DNA of 64,000 nucleotides, from assembly GCA_963668315.1 (NCBI GenBank), contig OY764216.1:3872001-3936000 (forward strand). Direction: 5' to 3'. The position numbers were made by a program, and so were the translations under genes. The notes under the pieces were generated by a model. That model did not search any database and was not told where the DNA came from. It was given only the letters and a program-made list of their open reading frames with translations. Source of the DNA: Spirochaetia bacterium (GTDB lineage: Bacteria > Spirochaetota > Spirochaetia > DSM-2461). Positions 14,062 through 24,244 of this stretch are shown here, in pieces (position 1 is the first letter of the stretch; every line of letters begins with the position of its first letter).

Positions 14062-17000
14062 TTACGACAATAAAAGGCAAAAATCATATTCACCGGGATA
14101 GACCCGGTACTTATCCAGCGTGTCAGGTCCGCAGCTTGCCGTTCCCACTCCCTTCTGTTTCAGATCGAGAGTGACAAAGGTTTCGCCCGCCCTAACCGGC
14201 TCGTTCGTATGAAAGCATCTCTCCAGTTCTTCCGCACTGTAGTGGCTGACGGAAAACTCAAAGAATCCGCGGAAAGAGAGACTTTCCCGGCCGTCGGAAA
14301 GACTCATCCGGCGTACTTCCGTTTTATTTCCGTTCTCCTGGGGAAGAATATAGGAGACGAACTGATCGTCAACCCTACCGGAATAGAGGCCTACGGGGGC
14401 GGAATTCCGGTCAATATAGTTTTCCCACGGTCCCTTTCCGAACCACTCCACCTGCTCAAAACCGGGCACGGTGGCCATTTTCAAGCCGATTCGCGGAAGA
14501 TCGGGCAGCCCTTCGGCCAGACTGAAATGGCTGTTCAGGGAAATTTCCCCCGCCGGAGTCAGAGAGATGGTCATGGTATGGACCAGGGGCAGTTTTTCGT
14601 CTTGTCCCGTGTAGGTTCTCTTGATTTCCAGAGCCTTGTCCCCTTCCCGTCCGGCAAGAGTACTTTCAACCAGCTTCAAACTGTCCAGCCCCGCTTTGCG
14701 CCAGAGTCCGGCCGGCTTGCCCTCCTGGCCCGACCAGCCGCGGATCTCGTCGTTATCGGTGGGAGCCCGCCAGATATTCATTTCGGGGAAGGAGGAGAAG
14801 ACCTCCCTTCCCTCTTTCTTCAGACTGACAAGTCCGCCCTTTCCGCAATCGCCCTCGACTTCCCAGGCGCCGCCTTTGAGAATCAGCCTGTCCCCGCTGG
14901 CCGTCAGAGTGGATTCACAGCTCATGACGGATGGAGCACTCTCGCAGTTAAGTCCCCTCATGGCGAACTGCTCCCAGGCGACTTCATGTCCTGCGGATGC
15001 CCAGGAAGCGTCCTCCTTCAGGGTAAAGCTGAAGGTGATGAAGGCTTCATCCCCTTCCTTGAGGGAGGGAAGATCGTAGGATAGGTTCAGGGGAGCTGTG
15101 TGCAGAGGGGCGATCTGGGGAAGATCCGCTTTTCCTTCGCAAAAAAGCACGCCCCCCACTTCGATCTTCCAATGCAGGTCAAAAGCATCCAGAGAGGAGA
15201 AATACTGCCGGTTCGTCAGGGTAAACCGCCCCTCCGTTGTGGACAGCGCCTCCATGGCAACGGGCTGAGTGAGCTTTTTGAATTCATACATGGAGGGATG
15301 GGGCGTTCTGTCCGGCCAGATCATGCCATTAATACAGAAATCGAAATCATGGATTTTTTCACCGAAATCTCCGCCGTAAGCCCAGTAGGAAACGCCCTTG
15401 TCATCGGTTTTCTTCAATCCCTGGTCGACCCAGTCCCAGATAAATCCGCCCTGCAGCCCCTTGTAGCGGTAGAAAGCCTCCCAGTACTCCTTGAGGGTAC
15501 CGTTGCTGTTTCCCATGGCATGGGAGTATTCGCACAGGATGACGGGGCGGGGATCTTCCGCCTTAACCGCGTGGTCAATGATGCTCTGGATGGAAGGATA
15601 CATGGGGTTGATCAGATCATTATCCCTGTTGCAGCCGCCGGTATATTCATTGGGTACGCCGCCCTGAGCCCAGAACCGTTTGACTTCACCCTCATGGTGG
15701 ATAATCCTGGAGGGATCGTAGGCCCGGACATGATCGCAGACGGAGGAATGGTTCTCCCCGTTCCCCGTTTCATTGCCCAGGGACCAGGAGAAAATGGACG
15801 GATGATTCTTGTCCCGTTTGACCATATTCATGACCCGTTCCTCAAAGGCGGACTTCCACCGGGGATCCCGGCATAGAAGGGCATAGTTGTCGTGGGCTTC
15901 GATATTGGCCTCGTCTATAAGATAGATGCCGTATTCGTCGCACAGTTCGTACCACTCCATATCGTCGGGGTAATGGCAGGTTCTGACGGCGTTGAAGTTG
16001 AACTGCTTCAGGAGTCTGATATCGGCCAGCATTGTCTCCCGGGAGACGGTTTTGCCGGTGGACTCATCGTGTTCGTGCCGGTTTACCCCTTTGATAAGGA
16101 CGGGCTGGCCGTTAATGAGAAGTTCCCTGTCGTGAATCCGGATATTGCGGAATCCGGTACGGAAGGAGCGGGCATCGCACACCCTGCCCTCTTTGTCGGT
16201 CAGTTCGAAAACAAGGGTATAAAGGCGGGGATTCTCCGCCGACCAGGTCTTAATGCCCGCCAGCCTGTCCTCCCAGACCTTATGATAGCGGTTGTGGCGG
16301 TATTCCGCTTCTACCGTTCCGCTCCGGGTAAAGATCAGTTCCTCCCCGTCATAGAGCGATGCGGTAAGCTGATAATCCTCCATGGGACCGGTAAAGCTTT
16401 TCCTGTTATTATAAAGGTTTTTCCCTGCATCGACGGTAAAATTCACCTTGACGTCCAGGCGAAGGAGCCCCTCCCTGCTTACCAGATCGTAATCGGACAG
16501 AGCGAAGATATCCTCAAGAAAGGCGTGATCGGTGGAATAGAGATAGACAGAACGGTATATACCGGCCATCCACCAGTGATCCTGATCTTCCACATAGCTT
16601 CCGTCGGACCAGCGGATAACCTTAACGGTCAGCTCGTTCTCCCCTTCCTTCACCAGGGTGGAAATATCAAACTCAGAAGGAAGGCGGCAGTCCTTTCCCA
16701 TTCCGGCGAAAGTGCCGTTCACATACAGTTCGAAGTAGCTCTCCACGCCGCCGAAATGAATGACCGTTCGCCGGGACGCCCATTCGGAAGAGAGGGTAAA
16801 GGTCCGGTGGTAGACGCCGGTGGGATTCTCTTCGGGCACCAGGGGGTAGTTGTTCTCCCAGGGCATCTGAACATTGGTATATATGGGCTTGTCCCAGAAT
16901 CCCTCGGTGGTCCAGTTGGCCGGCACCTTGATAGAGTCCCACTTCTCAACGCCTTCCACGGGGGCGTCCTCGGGGGTTTTGTGGAGATTGAAATCCCACG

Positions 17001-17160
17001 TACCGTCCAGGGACGCAAAATAGGGGGATGTCTCCTTTTTACGGGAAAGGGCCTGTTCCCTGTCCCCGTAGGGAATTAGACAGGAATGGGCGGGCAGCCT
17101 GTTTATATGGGTCAATTCGGGCATTTCCCAGAATTTCTTCGAAATATTCAAGGGTTTCAT
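14062..17160 (-). CDS. lacZ: Beta-galactosidase, GH2 LacZ-type
   Basis: EDQDHWWMAGIYR, GVNRHEH, NAVRTCHYP, WSLGNE, CEYSHAMGNS, GGFIWDWVDQG. Confidence 0.93.
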   Translation of the reverse strand: MKPLNISKKFWEMPELTHINRLPAHSCLIPYGDREQALSRKKETSPYFASLDGTWDFNLHKTPEDAPVEGVEKWDSIKVPANWTTEGFWDKPIYTNVQMPWENNYPLVPEENPTGVYHRTFTLSSEWASRRTVIHFGGVESYFELYVNGTFAGMGKDCRLPSEFDISTLVKEGENELTVKVIRWSDGSYVEDQDHWWMAGIYRSVYLYSTDHAFLEDIFALSDYDLVSREGLLRLDVKVNFTVDAGKNLYNNRKSFTGPMEDYQLTASLYDGEELIFTRSGTVEAEYRHNRYHKVWEDRLAGIKTWSAENPRLYTLVFELTDKEGRVCDARSFRTGFRNIRIHDRELLINGQPVLIKGVNRHEHDESTGKTVSRETMLADIRLLKQFNFNAVRTCHYPDDMEWYELCDEYGIYLIDEANIEAHDNYALLCRDPRWKSAFEERVMNMVKRDKNHPSIFSWSLGNETGNGENHSSVCDHVRAYDPSRIIHHEGEVKRFWAQGGVPNEYTGGCNRDNDLINPMYPSIQSIIDHAVKAEDPRPVILCEYSHAMGNSNGTLKEYWEAFYRYKGLQGGFIWDWVDQGLKKTDDKGVSYWAYGGDFGEKIHDFDFCINGMIWPDRTPHPSMYEFKKLTQPVAMEALSTTEGRFTLTNRQYFSSLDAFDLHWKIEVGGVLFCEGKADLPQIAPLHTAPLNLSYDLPSLKEGDEAFITFSFTLKEDASWASAGHEVAWEQFAMRGLNCESAPSVMSCESTLTASGDRLILKGGAWEVEGDCGKGGLVSLKKEGREVFSSFPEMNIWRAPTDNDEIRGWSGQEGKPAGLWRKAGLDSLKLVESTLAGREGDKALEIKRTYTGQDEKLPLVHTMTISLTPAGEISLNSHFSLAEGLPDLPRIGLKMATVPGFEQVEWFGKGPWENYIDRNSAPVGLYSGRVDDQFVSYILPQENGNKTEVRRMSLSDGRESLSFRGFFEFSVSHYSAEELERCFHTNEPVRAGETFVTLDLKQKGVGTASCGPDTLDKYRVYPGEYDFCLLLS

Positions 17161-17229
17161 GAAAGTCTCCTCTTCTTAAGGATAGTTTATCTTGTCAGTA
17201 TAAGCCGGGATCGGTAATATGGCCATGGT

Positions 17230-18093
17230 ATGGATGGAAAAAAAGATATGTTATCTGGTATCGATCTGATAGAACAGAAAATCGTAAAAAGAACGATGGG
17301 AGGCTACCCCTCCCGGGAATACCTGGGAGCGGGAATCATGCACAAGAAGGGCCTTTCGGAGGACAGCTTTGACCGCTCCTACGCCCGGTATGCCATGGTT
17401 TACGTCGTCCGGGGGCGGGGTGTGTATACCGACAAAAAGGGAAATGCCTACGATATGGGACCGGGAACCGTCTTTCAGCGCTTCCCCGGGGTAGAGCACA
17501 GCACCCGCCTTGATCCGGACAGCCGCTGGGCCGAGTATTATATCGATATCGGGGCGACCTTAAGCAAAGGGCTCATGGCGACAAGGTTTATCCAGGAAGA
17601 AAGCCCCGTGCTGACTCTGAATCGGGAAGGCCCGGCGGAAAAACTGTTCAGCCGCTACTTTACGGCCCTGCAGCAGTGTCCCGAAGAAGATCTGAACAGC
17701 ATGATCCCCGAGGTTCTCTCCCTCATGAACAAGGTATATACCCTGGCCTCCCGCAGCCGGAACAGCCAAAGCGAGAGGGCCATGGTGGATTACGCACGGA
17801 ATCACTTCTATAATAACTGCGAGAAACGGATCAGCCTGGAGGATTTCTGCCGGGAAAATGACTGGGGATACGAACGGTTCCGAAAGATATTCAAGAAACA
17901 CACGACCCTGTCACCGGGACAGTTCATCATCCAGAGACGGATAGACAGGGCCTGTGAATGGCTTCTGGCCACGGATATGACCATCAAGGAGATAGGAGAC
18001 CGGCTCGGATACCCCTCGCCCTATGAATTCTCCCATCAGTTTAAAAAAACGACCGGCCGGTCTCCCCGGGAGTACCGGCGCAATCAGGTCTAA
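17230..18093 (+). CDS. AraC-family transcriptional regulator, divergent from lacZ
   Basis: C-terminal double HTH (IKEIGDRLGYPSPYEFSHQFKKTTGRSPREYR). Confidence 0.92.
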   Translation: MDGKKDMLSGIDLIEQKIVKRTMGGYPSREYLGAGIMHKKGLSEDSFDRSYARYAMVYVVRGRGVYTDKKGNAYDMGPGTVFQRFPGVEHSTRLDPDSRWAEYYIDIGATLSKGLMATRFIQEESPVLTLNREGPAEKLFSRYFTALQQCPEEDLNSMIPEVLSLMNKVYTLASRSRNSQSERAMVDYARNHFYNNCEKRISLEDFCRENDWGYERFRKIFKKHTTLSPGQFIIQRRIDRACEWLLATDMTIKEIGDRLGYPSPYEFSHQFKKTTGRSPREYRRNQV

Positions 18094-19703
18094 TGCTTTC
18101 TGTCGGACGCTTCGGCCACGGCTTTGACGAAACCGTCGAACAGAGGGCCTGCGGCCAGCGGCTGGGAGGTGAATTCCGGGTGGAACTGAACTCCGACGCC
18201 CCAGGGATGGTCTTTCCATTCGGCCGACTCCACAAGCTGACCGTCGGGGGAAAATCCGGAAAGGACCAGTCCCGCTTCAACCATCTGCTCTTTGTAGCTG
18301 TTGGCCACCTCGTACCGGTGTCTGTGCCTTTCCCGTATGACGTCCTTTCCATAGGCTTCATGGATCTTCGTGCCCTTAACAAGGCGGGAGTCATAACCGC
18401 CGAGCCGCATGGTTCCGCCGTATTCAATAACGTCGACCTGCTCTTCAAGAAGGGTGATGACAGAATTCTTGCCTTCGGGACGGAATTCCGTACTGTCCGC
18501 ATCGGCGATTCCCAGCACGTTGCGGCAGAACTCGATAACCATGATCTGGACTCCGAGGCAGATACCGAAATAGGGAATTTTGTTTTCACGGGCGTACCGG
18601 GCGGCCATGGTCATACCGATGATGCCCCTCTCGCCGAATCCTCCCGGAACCAGAATCCCGTCCAGATCCTTCAAAAGGTCCTGCCAGTCGTCCCTGTTTT
18701 CCAGCTCGTCCGACTCGATTTTGATAAGTTCCACATCCACATTGTTCTTAATGGAACCGTGGACGATTCCCTCATCGATGGATTTATAGGTATCGCCGAG
18801 GAGGGTATATTTTCCCACCATGCCGATTTTAACCTTCTTGCCGTCCTTCTTGTAACGGTCAGCCAGTTTCTGCCAGGGGGCGATATCGGCTTTTTTCGTC
18901 TTCAGTTCCAGTTTTTCACAGACCACATGATCGAAACCCTGCTTGTGATAGCTGGAGGGGATTTCATAGATTGTCGTATTGATATCATGAGCAGACAGGA
19001 CGCAATCGTAATCGATATTGGTGAACTGGGCGATCTTCTTCCTCAGACCGTCATCAAGGGGCTCCTTGCAGCGGCACAGAAGAACATCGGGCTGAATGCC
19101 GATCTCTCTCATCGCCTTAACGGAGTGCTGGGTGGGTTTGGTTTTCACTTCCCCGCCGGTCACCTCCGGTACAAGGGTCAGGTGAACGGAACAGGCGTTT
19201 TTCCTTCCCCGCTCATGAATAATCTGGCGGATAGCTTCCAGATAGGGAATGGATTCGATATCGCCCACGGTACCGCCCGTCTCCACAATGGTCACGTCGA
19301 TGTCGGGTTTTTCACCCAGGGCATATATTCTTCTCTTGATCTCATCGGTGATATGGGGAACGACCTGGACACATTTGCCCAGATACTGGCCCGCTCTTTC
19401 CCGGCGGATGACTTCCTGATAAATCTGTCCCGTAGTTATGGAATTAGCCGCGCTTAAGGGTGAATTGGTGAATCTTTCGTAGTTTCCCAGATCGAGATCG
19501 GTTTCCGCACCGTCATCGGTAACGAATACTTCCCCGTGCTGGTAGGGGCTCATGGTCCCCGCATCGACATTCAGATAAGGGTCGATTTTTATCATGCAGA
19601 CCTTAAGGCCGCGACACTCAAGAAGAGCTCCCATGGATGCGGAAGCTATACCTTTGCCCAGGCTTGAACACACGCCGCCCGTCGTAAATATATACTTGCT
19701 CAT
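18090..19703 (-). CDS. pyrG: CTP synthase
   Basis: GGVCSSLGKG, DPYLNVDAGTMSPYQHGEV, GICLG, ERHRHRYE, QFHPEF. Confidence 0.98.
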   Translation of the reverse strand: MSKYIFTTGGVCSSLGKGIASASMGALLECRGLKVCMIKIDPYLNVDAGTMSPYQHGEVFVTDDGAETDLDLGNYERFTNSPLSAANSITTGQIYQEVIRRERAGQYLGKCVQVVPHITDEIKRRIYALGEKPDIDVTIVETGGTVGDIESIPYLEAIRQIIHERGRKNACSVHLTLVPEVTGGEVKTKPTQHSVKAMREIGIQPDVLLCRCKEPLDDGLRKKIAQFTNIDYDCVLSAHDINTTIYEIPSSYHKQGFDHVVCEKLELKTKKADIAPWQKLADRYKKDGKKVKIGMVGKYTLLGDTYKSIDEGIVHGSIKNNVDVELIKIESDELENRDDWQDLLKDLDGILVPGGFGERGIIGMTMAARYARENKIPYFGICLGVQIMVIEFCRNVLGIADADSTEFRPEGKNSVITLLEEQVDVIEYGGTMRLGGYDSRLVKGTKIHEAYGKDVIRERHRHRYEVANSYKEQMVEAGLVLSGFSPDGQLVESAEWKDHPWGVGVQFHPEFTSQPLAAGPLFDGFVKAVAEASDRKH

Positions 19704-19740
19704 GGGTCTTCATTATCCGGCTATTAGAAGTTTCTGTCAA
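19704..19740 (-). promoter_or_regulatory. pyrG promoter abutting the start codon, no SD
   Basis: TTGACA(19740-19735)-17 bp-GATAAT(19717-19712)-GAAGACCC-ATG. Confidence 0.75.
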
Positions 19741-19827
19741 TGGATCGGGACAAAGAATAGGTAAGAAAACTAAAGTTGTACACAGGCATCACCCGTTTCC
19801 ATCGGTCCTCTCCTCAACCCTTAGGAA

Positions 19828-20256
19828 TCAGTTATCCCGGGAGAGAATTTCCTCCAGGTAATCCACGGCAAAAGCGACGGCCTTCGCTGTAATGTCCTCG
19901 CACAGATGCTCCGGGTCGGAATCGGAGAATCCCCCGGGGCGCAGTCTGCTGCACAGGAGACTGCCGAACTCGCTTTGAAACCGGTCGGCATAGTGATAAC
20001 AGGCCTTACGGACAGCGTCATCGTCCCATCCCCTATGGCGGCCGTAGATTCCCAGAAACAGCAGCGGCCCCTCCACCAGACCGCACTGTGCGCCGAAGCA
20101 GGCCGCCCCGTGCATGCCCAGAGCGGAATCGACTACCTGCTTATCCAGAGATAGGGAAAAGGCCCGGGATAAAACCATCAGGGCTGCGGTGGCGCAGTTC
20201 AGATCTTCCTTCCAGTAGCTGTCATGGACCGCCCGGGCGATCTCTTTATCGGTCAT
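19828..20256 (-). CDS. C_GCAxxG_C_C-family putative redox-active protein
   Basis: NCA..., GAQCGLVEG, FGSLLC, HLC cysteine pattern. Confidence 0.85.
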   Translation of the reverse strand: MTDKEIARAVHDSYWKEDLNCATAALMVLSRAFSLSLDKQVVDSALGMHGAACFGAQCGLVEGPLLFLGIYGRHRGWDDDAVRKACYHYADRFQSEFGSLLCSRLRPGGFSDSDPEHLCEDITAKAVAFAVDYLEEILSRDN

Positions 20257-20393
20257 AATTATTTACCTTTTCCCGGATCAGTACAAATCCAGGCACGTAT
20301 GGGAAAGCCGAAATCAGCTGAGGACTCCAACAATCCCATCGTTATAATCCGAGTAGATCCGTGGTTCAAAAACGTTTTAGTCTTGGCCTTCTC

Positions 20394-21692
20394 TTAACCT
20401 TTCAGTATCCTGACCGCTTCTTCCAGGCTTATCCCTTCGAAGTTTTCCCGGTTTGCCAGATTCTTCAGGTTAACCTTACCCGCTTCTTTCTCTTCGCTTC
20501 CGCAGATCAGCCCGAAAGTGATCTCCTTCTGCTCGGCGAACTTGAACTGTACCCCCAGTTTCTTGTTCATGGGGTAAACCTCACAGCTCACTCCGGCCTT
20601 GCGGATATCCTCGGCCAATTTGTGATAGTGTCCCATCAGGCTCTCATCCATCTGGAAAATCAGCACTTCCGTATGGCTTTTCTTCCGGGATGACTGTCCC
20701 AGTTCGTCAAGAGCGGCCAGCAGTCTGTCCAGTCCGACCGAAGCGCCGACTCCGGGCAGTTCCTCTTTGGTATAGAGTCCCGCCAGGTTGTTGTATCGCC
20801 CGCCGGAACAGACCGAACCGATAGAGGGGAGATCGTCCAGGAAGGTTTCGTATACCAGACCGGTATAGTAGTCCAGCCCCCGTGTGATGGAGGGATTGAG
20901 CATAAAGTTTTTTTCCAGCCCCATATCCTTGATGGCCTTCCAGATTTTCTCAAGCCGCTCCGTATCTTCCCCCTTCCCGCCGGCCAGTTCGGCCATATTG
21001 GCCAGGGTCGTCTCAAAGGAGTCCTTCATTTCAATAAAGGAGACAATTTTCTCGGCTTTCTCTTCATCGGCCAGCTCCGTAAGGAGGCGAATAACCTCAT
21101 CCCGGCCGATTTTGGCGAGCTTGTCCACGGTGCGCAGGATCTCCACGGATAGCTCCATTATCCCCAGGTTTTCCAGGAACCGGTTGAAAATGCCCCGGTG
21201 GGAGAACTGAACGGTACACTTCTCGACCCCCAGATTGGCCATGGAGGCACGCATCATCAGGAGGATCTCAAAATCGCTCGAGGGAGAATCGACGCCGACG
21301 ATATCAAAATCGCACTGAATAAATTCCCGGTATCGTCCCTTCTGGGTGTTCTCCCCTCTCCAGACTTTGTTTATATGGTATCTCTTAAAGGGAAGATAGA
21401 GTTCATGACGATGGGCCGCCATATAACGGGCAAAAGGCACGGTCAGGTCAAAACGCATGGCCACATCACGACTCCCGTGATCCATGAAATGGTAGACCTG
21501 CTTATCCGTTTCGCCGCCTCCTTTGCCCAGGAGGACATCGGTATACTCGAGTACGGGGGTATCGATGGGAACGAAACCGAAGCTTTTGTAGGTTTCCTCC
21601 AGTTTGGTCATCAGCTCCCGCCGCTCGATCTCCTGTTCCGGAAGGAAGTCCCGGAACCCCTTTAAGACTTTTGGTTCAATCAACTTTGCCAT
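20394..21692 (-). CDS. hisS: Histidyl-tRNA synthetase
   Basis: KGFRDFLP, MRFDLTVP, GRYREFIQCDFD, RGLDYYTG, SGGRY, GLDRL. Confidence 0.97.
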   Translation of the reverse strand: MAKLIEPKVLKGFRDFLPEQEIERRELMTKLEETYKSFGFVPIDTPVLEYTDVLLGKGGGETDKQVYHFMDHGSRDVAMRFDLTVPFARYMAAHRHELYLPFKRYHINKVWRGENTQKGRYREFIQCDFDIVGVDSPSSDFEILLMMRASMANLGVEKCTVQFSHRGIFNRFLENLGIMELSVEILRTVDKLAKIGRDEVIRLLTELADEEKAEKIVSFIEMKDSFETTLANMAELAGGKGEDTERLEKIWKAIKDMGLEKNFMLNPSITRGLDYYTGLVYETFLDDLPSIGSVCSGGRYNNLAGLYTKEELPGVGASVGLDRLLAALDELGQSSRKKSHTEVLIFQMDESLMGHYHKLAEDIRKAGVSCEVYPMNKKLGVQFKFAEQKEITFGLICGSEEKEAGKVNLKNLANRENFEGISLEEAVRILKG

Positions 21693-21710
21693 GGGGCTAA
21701 TATATCAAAT

Positions 21711-22577
21711 CTACTCTTCATAAACAAGAAGGCTGACGTAATCCACCACCTCGGCCTGCTCGATTCCGCGAAAATAGGGAGACTCTCCCGAATGTCCCCT
21801 GCTCAGAATAACGGCTCTGGGCTTTTCGGCCGTCCTTTTGGCATACTCCATCAGCACCATGATGGGGCCGTAGCCGCAGATGGAGAGCCGCTTTTCCTGC
21901 ACCCGCCGGTAAAACTTCTTCGTGTCAAGGGACGTCAGAGCTTCCAGCGCGTAATCGTCCAGATCCCGGCCTTCCCGGGGGGAGCGGTAGTGGGTGAAAT
22001 CGGAGGAGGCGATGACAAGGGTTCTGCCCGGGACCTCCCCTCCCGCGCGGGCCAGCTTCCCGGCCAGGGAGGAGGCGGCTTCGTATGAGCTGTCTCCCAT
22101 ACAGAGGGGAATGAGCCGGAAGGAGGAGAGAAAATACTGCAGGAGGGGCAGAAGGACTTCCCCCGCGTGTTCCCTCCTGTGGGCCAGGGGCTCCCGGCAG
22201 AGTGACGGGCCGTTCTCGAGTGCCAGCAGCCTTTCTATGCCCTCTTCATCCAGATCGACCTGCCCCAGAGGGGTGCTCCATTTGGCGTGGGAATCGATAG
22301 ACAGGGGAGCTCCCATACCGGTATGGTTGGGATTAAGGAGAACGACCCGCTCCCACGGCCCGCCGGAACTTCTCAGTATCTGGAACAGATGGACAGCCTG
22401 GGGAAGGGAGAAAACATAACCCGCATGGGGCGAGACACCGCCGATGATTCTCTTCTTCGACAGGGAAAGATCGATCCTCCCGCTCTGACTGTCCAGCTGA
22501 TACTCAATTTCTTCAATCAGCTCGCGTTTATCTCCCGGATAAAACTGACCGGCCACAGCCGGGGAACGGACATCCAT
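21711..22577 (-). CDS. amrB: AmmeMemoRadiSam system protein B (MEMO1 family)
   Basis: RSPAVAGQFYP, SPHAGYVFS, PNHTG, EHAGE, ASSDFTHY, ICGYGP. Confidence 0.92.
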   Translation of the reverse strand: MDVRSPAVAGQFYPGDKRELIEEIEYQLDSQSGRIDLSLSKKRIIGGVSPHAGYVFSLPQAVHLFQILRSSGGPWERVVLLNPNHTGMGAPLSIDSHAKWSTPLGQVDLDEEGIERLLALENGPSLCREPLAHRREHAGEVLLPLLQYFLSSFRLIPLCMGDSSYEAASSLAGKLARAGGEVPGRTLVIASSDFTHYRSPREGRDLDDYALEALTSLDTKKFYRRVQEKRLSICGYGPIMVLMEYAKRTAEKPRAVILSRGHSGESPYFRGIEQAEVVDYVSLLVYEE

Positions 22578-22586
22578 AGGGCCTCC

Positions 22587-23588
22587 TTAAAAAACGATAT
22601 TCACATGATGGCTGCACCGGGGACAGACGGGATCCCCCAGATGGACAACCGACCGGTAGCCCTTCCTTTCAATCAGCCTTTCACCGCAGGAGGGGCAAAG
22701 TGTGTCCCGCCCTTCGCTGACATCGGCATTGCCGATATAGACGTGGTCCAGGTATTCCGAAGCCAATCCGAACAGACGGCTCAAAGTTTCAAGGGGCGTG
22801 GCGGGAACCTCCATTTTATGCTGGGGATAGTAGCGGTTAATATGAAGGGGGACCTCGGTTCCCAGGGATTCCCCGTACCAGAGCATAAGTTCCCTGAAAG
22901 GTTCCGGGTCATCATTGTAGCCCGGTATGACAAGGTACTCCACTTCGAGATGACATCCAGACCGGGCTATGGACTCAAGACTTCTCTTCACCGGTTCCAG
23001 ATGCCCTCCGGCAATCTCCCGGTAGAACCCATCGGAATATCCCTTGAGATCGACACTGAAGGCATCGATCAGGGGAAAAAGCTCCCTGAGAGGCTCAGAC
23101 TCTATATAGCCGTTCGTCACCATGACATTGGCGAATCCCTTCTCCCTGACGGCCCGGGCGCAATCGGCCATGAATTCATACCAGACCACCGGTTCATTGT
23201 AGGTATAGGCGACACCGGCGAGGGAGCTATCCAGTTTTTCCAGAATCATGGAGGCCCCGATTTCCTCCCCCTCTGCGGCAAAGGCAAAGTTATCCCCGTC
23301 CTGAGCGATATAATGATTCTGGCAATGGAGGCAGGAGAGATTACAGCCGTAACTTCCCAGAGAGAGGATCTCCGAACCTGGCTTGAAGTGGTAAAGAGGC
23401 TTTTTTTCCATCGGGTCGATGTGGACGGCCGAGAGACTTCCGTAATTCAGGGAGAAACCCTTTCCCCCCCGGTTCTCCCTGACTCCGCAGACTCCCCTTC
23501 CCCCGTCCTTGAGCTCACAGTGTCTGGGACAGAGCCTGCATTCGATATGCCCCTTTTCCAGGGGAGTAAAAAAGCGGCCTTCTTTCAT
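22587..23588 (-). CDS. amrS: AmmeMemoRadiSam system radical SAM enzyme
   Basis: CRLCPRHC, DPMEKKPLYHF, GCNLSCLHCQN (CxxxCxxC), YTYNEP. Confidence 0.93.
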   Translation of the reverse strand: MKEGRFFTPLEKGHIECRLCPRHCELKDGGRGVCGVRENRGGKGFSLNYGSLSAVHIDPMEKKPLYHFKPGSEILSLGSYGCNLSCLHCQNHYIAQDGDNFAFAAEGEEIGASMILEKLDSSLAGVAYTYNEPVVWYEFMADCARAVREKGFANVMVTNGYIESEPLRELFPLIDAFSVDLKGYSDGFYREIAGGHLEPVKRSLESIARSGCHLEVEYLVIPGYNDDPEPFRELMLWYGESLGTEVPLHINRYYPQHKMEVPATPLETLSRLFGLASEYLDHVYIGNADVSEGRDTLCPSCGERLIERKGYRSVVHLGDPVCPRCSHHVNIVF

Positions 23589-23589
23589 T

Positions 23590-24111
23590 TTAATGGTACC
23601 TCTTTACTTTAAAACGGAACAGCTCCACATCCTCACCGGGGTAGATGCCCGCCTTCATCCGCGCAATTTCCAATTGCCTCTCCACCGTATCAACGCCTTC
23701 CAGATCGGGCAGCAGTACCCCGCGCCTTCCGTCCGTCTCCACAATAACGCCGTAAAGGGAGGGGTCAAGCTTCTCCGGACCGTCGATAGACTCGGGTTCT
23801 TCCAGCACATCCACGGAAACGGTCAGACTTTCCAGCTCGTCCCTTTCGAGAGGGTCAAACCGGGGATCACGAAAAGCGGCGGCCAGGGCATTGGAGCGGA
23901 TCTCTTCGTAAAGGTTCTCCCTTACGGGCGACAAAGTCCCTATACAGCCCCGGAGAGTTTCCTCCCCGCCTTTTTCCCTGTGAAGGGATACAAAACAGGC
24001 GGCGCGTCTTTTCTTCAGATCCTGATATTCATCTTCGATGGATTCCTTACCCAGAGATTCCAGCAGTGTATTCAAAGCCAGCCGGACGGGTGATGATTGG
24101 GGAAGATACAT
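23590..24111 (-). CDS. amrA: AmmeMemoRadiSam system protein A (AMMECR1 family)
   Basis: CFVSL, LRGCIGT, AAFRDPRF, GVLLPDLEGVD; start placed at ATG 24111 after an AGGAGG SD. Confidence 0.92.
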   Translation of the reverse strand: MYLPQSSPVRLALNTLLESLGKESIEDEYQDLKKRRAACFVSLHREKGGEETLRGCIGTLSPVRENLYEEIRSNALAAAFRDPRFDPLERDELESLTVSVDVLEEPESIDGPEKLDPSLYGVIVETDGRRGVLLPDLEGVDTVERQLEIARMKAGIYPGEDVELFRFKVKRYH

Positions 24112-24198
24112 GGCTGTTCCTCCTAAGAAAAAAACGTTTATAACAAAACTTTCCCTATTAATTATAGAGCATAGACGGTGATTTCGACAGGGAAAGAC

Positions 24199-24227
24199 TG
24201 GACTTTTCACCTAAAGGGTAGTATATT
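24199..24227 (+). promoter_or_regulatory. Probable ssrA promoter
   Basis: TGGACT-17 bp-TATATT, 17 nt upstream of the mature tmRNA 5' end. Confidence 0.55.
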
Positions 24228-24244
24228 CACTTTACATTCAATCT

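Noticed and set aside
20299..20340. Hammerhead ribozyme (CTGAGGA, GAAA) or fluoride riboswitch (GATGG, GCTGAT)
   Set aside because: Spacing too short for hammerhead stems I and III; the fluoride pseudoknot partner is absent
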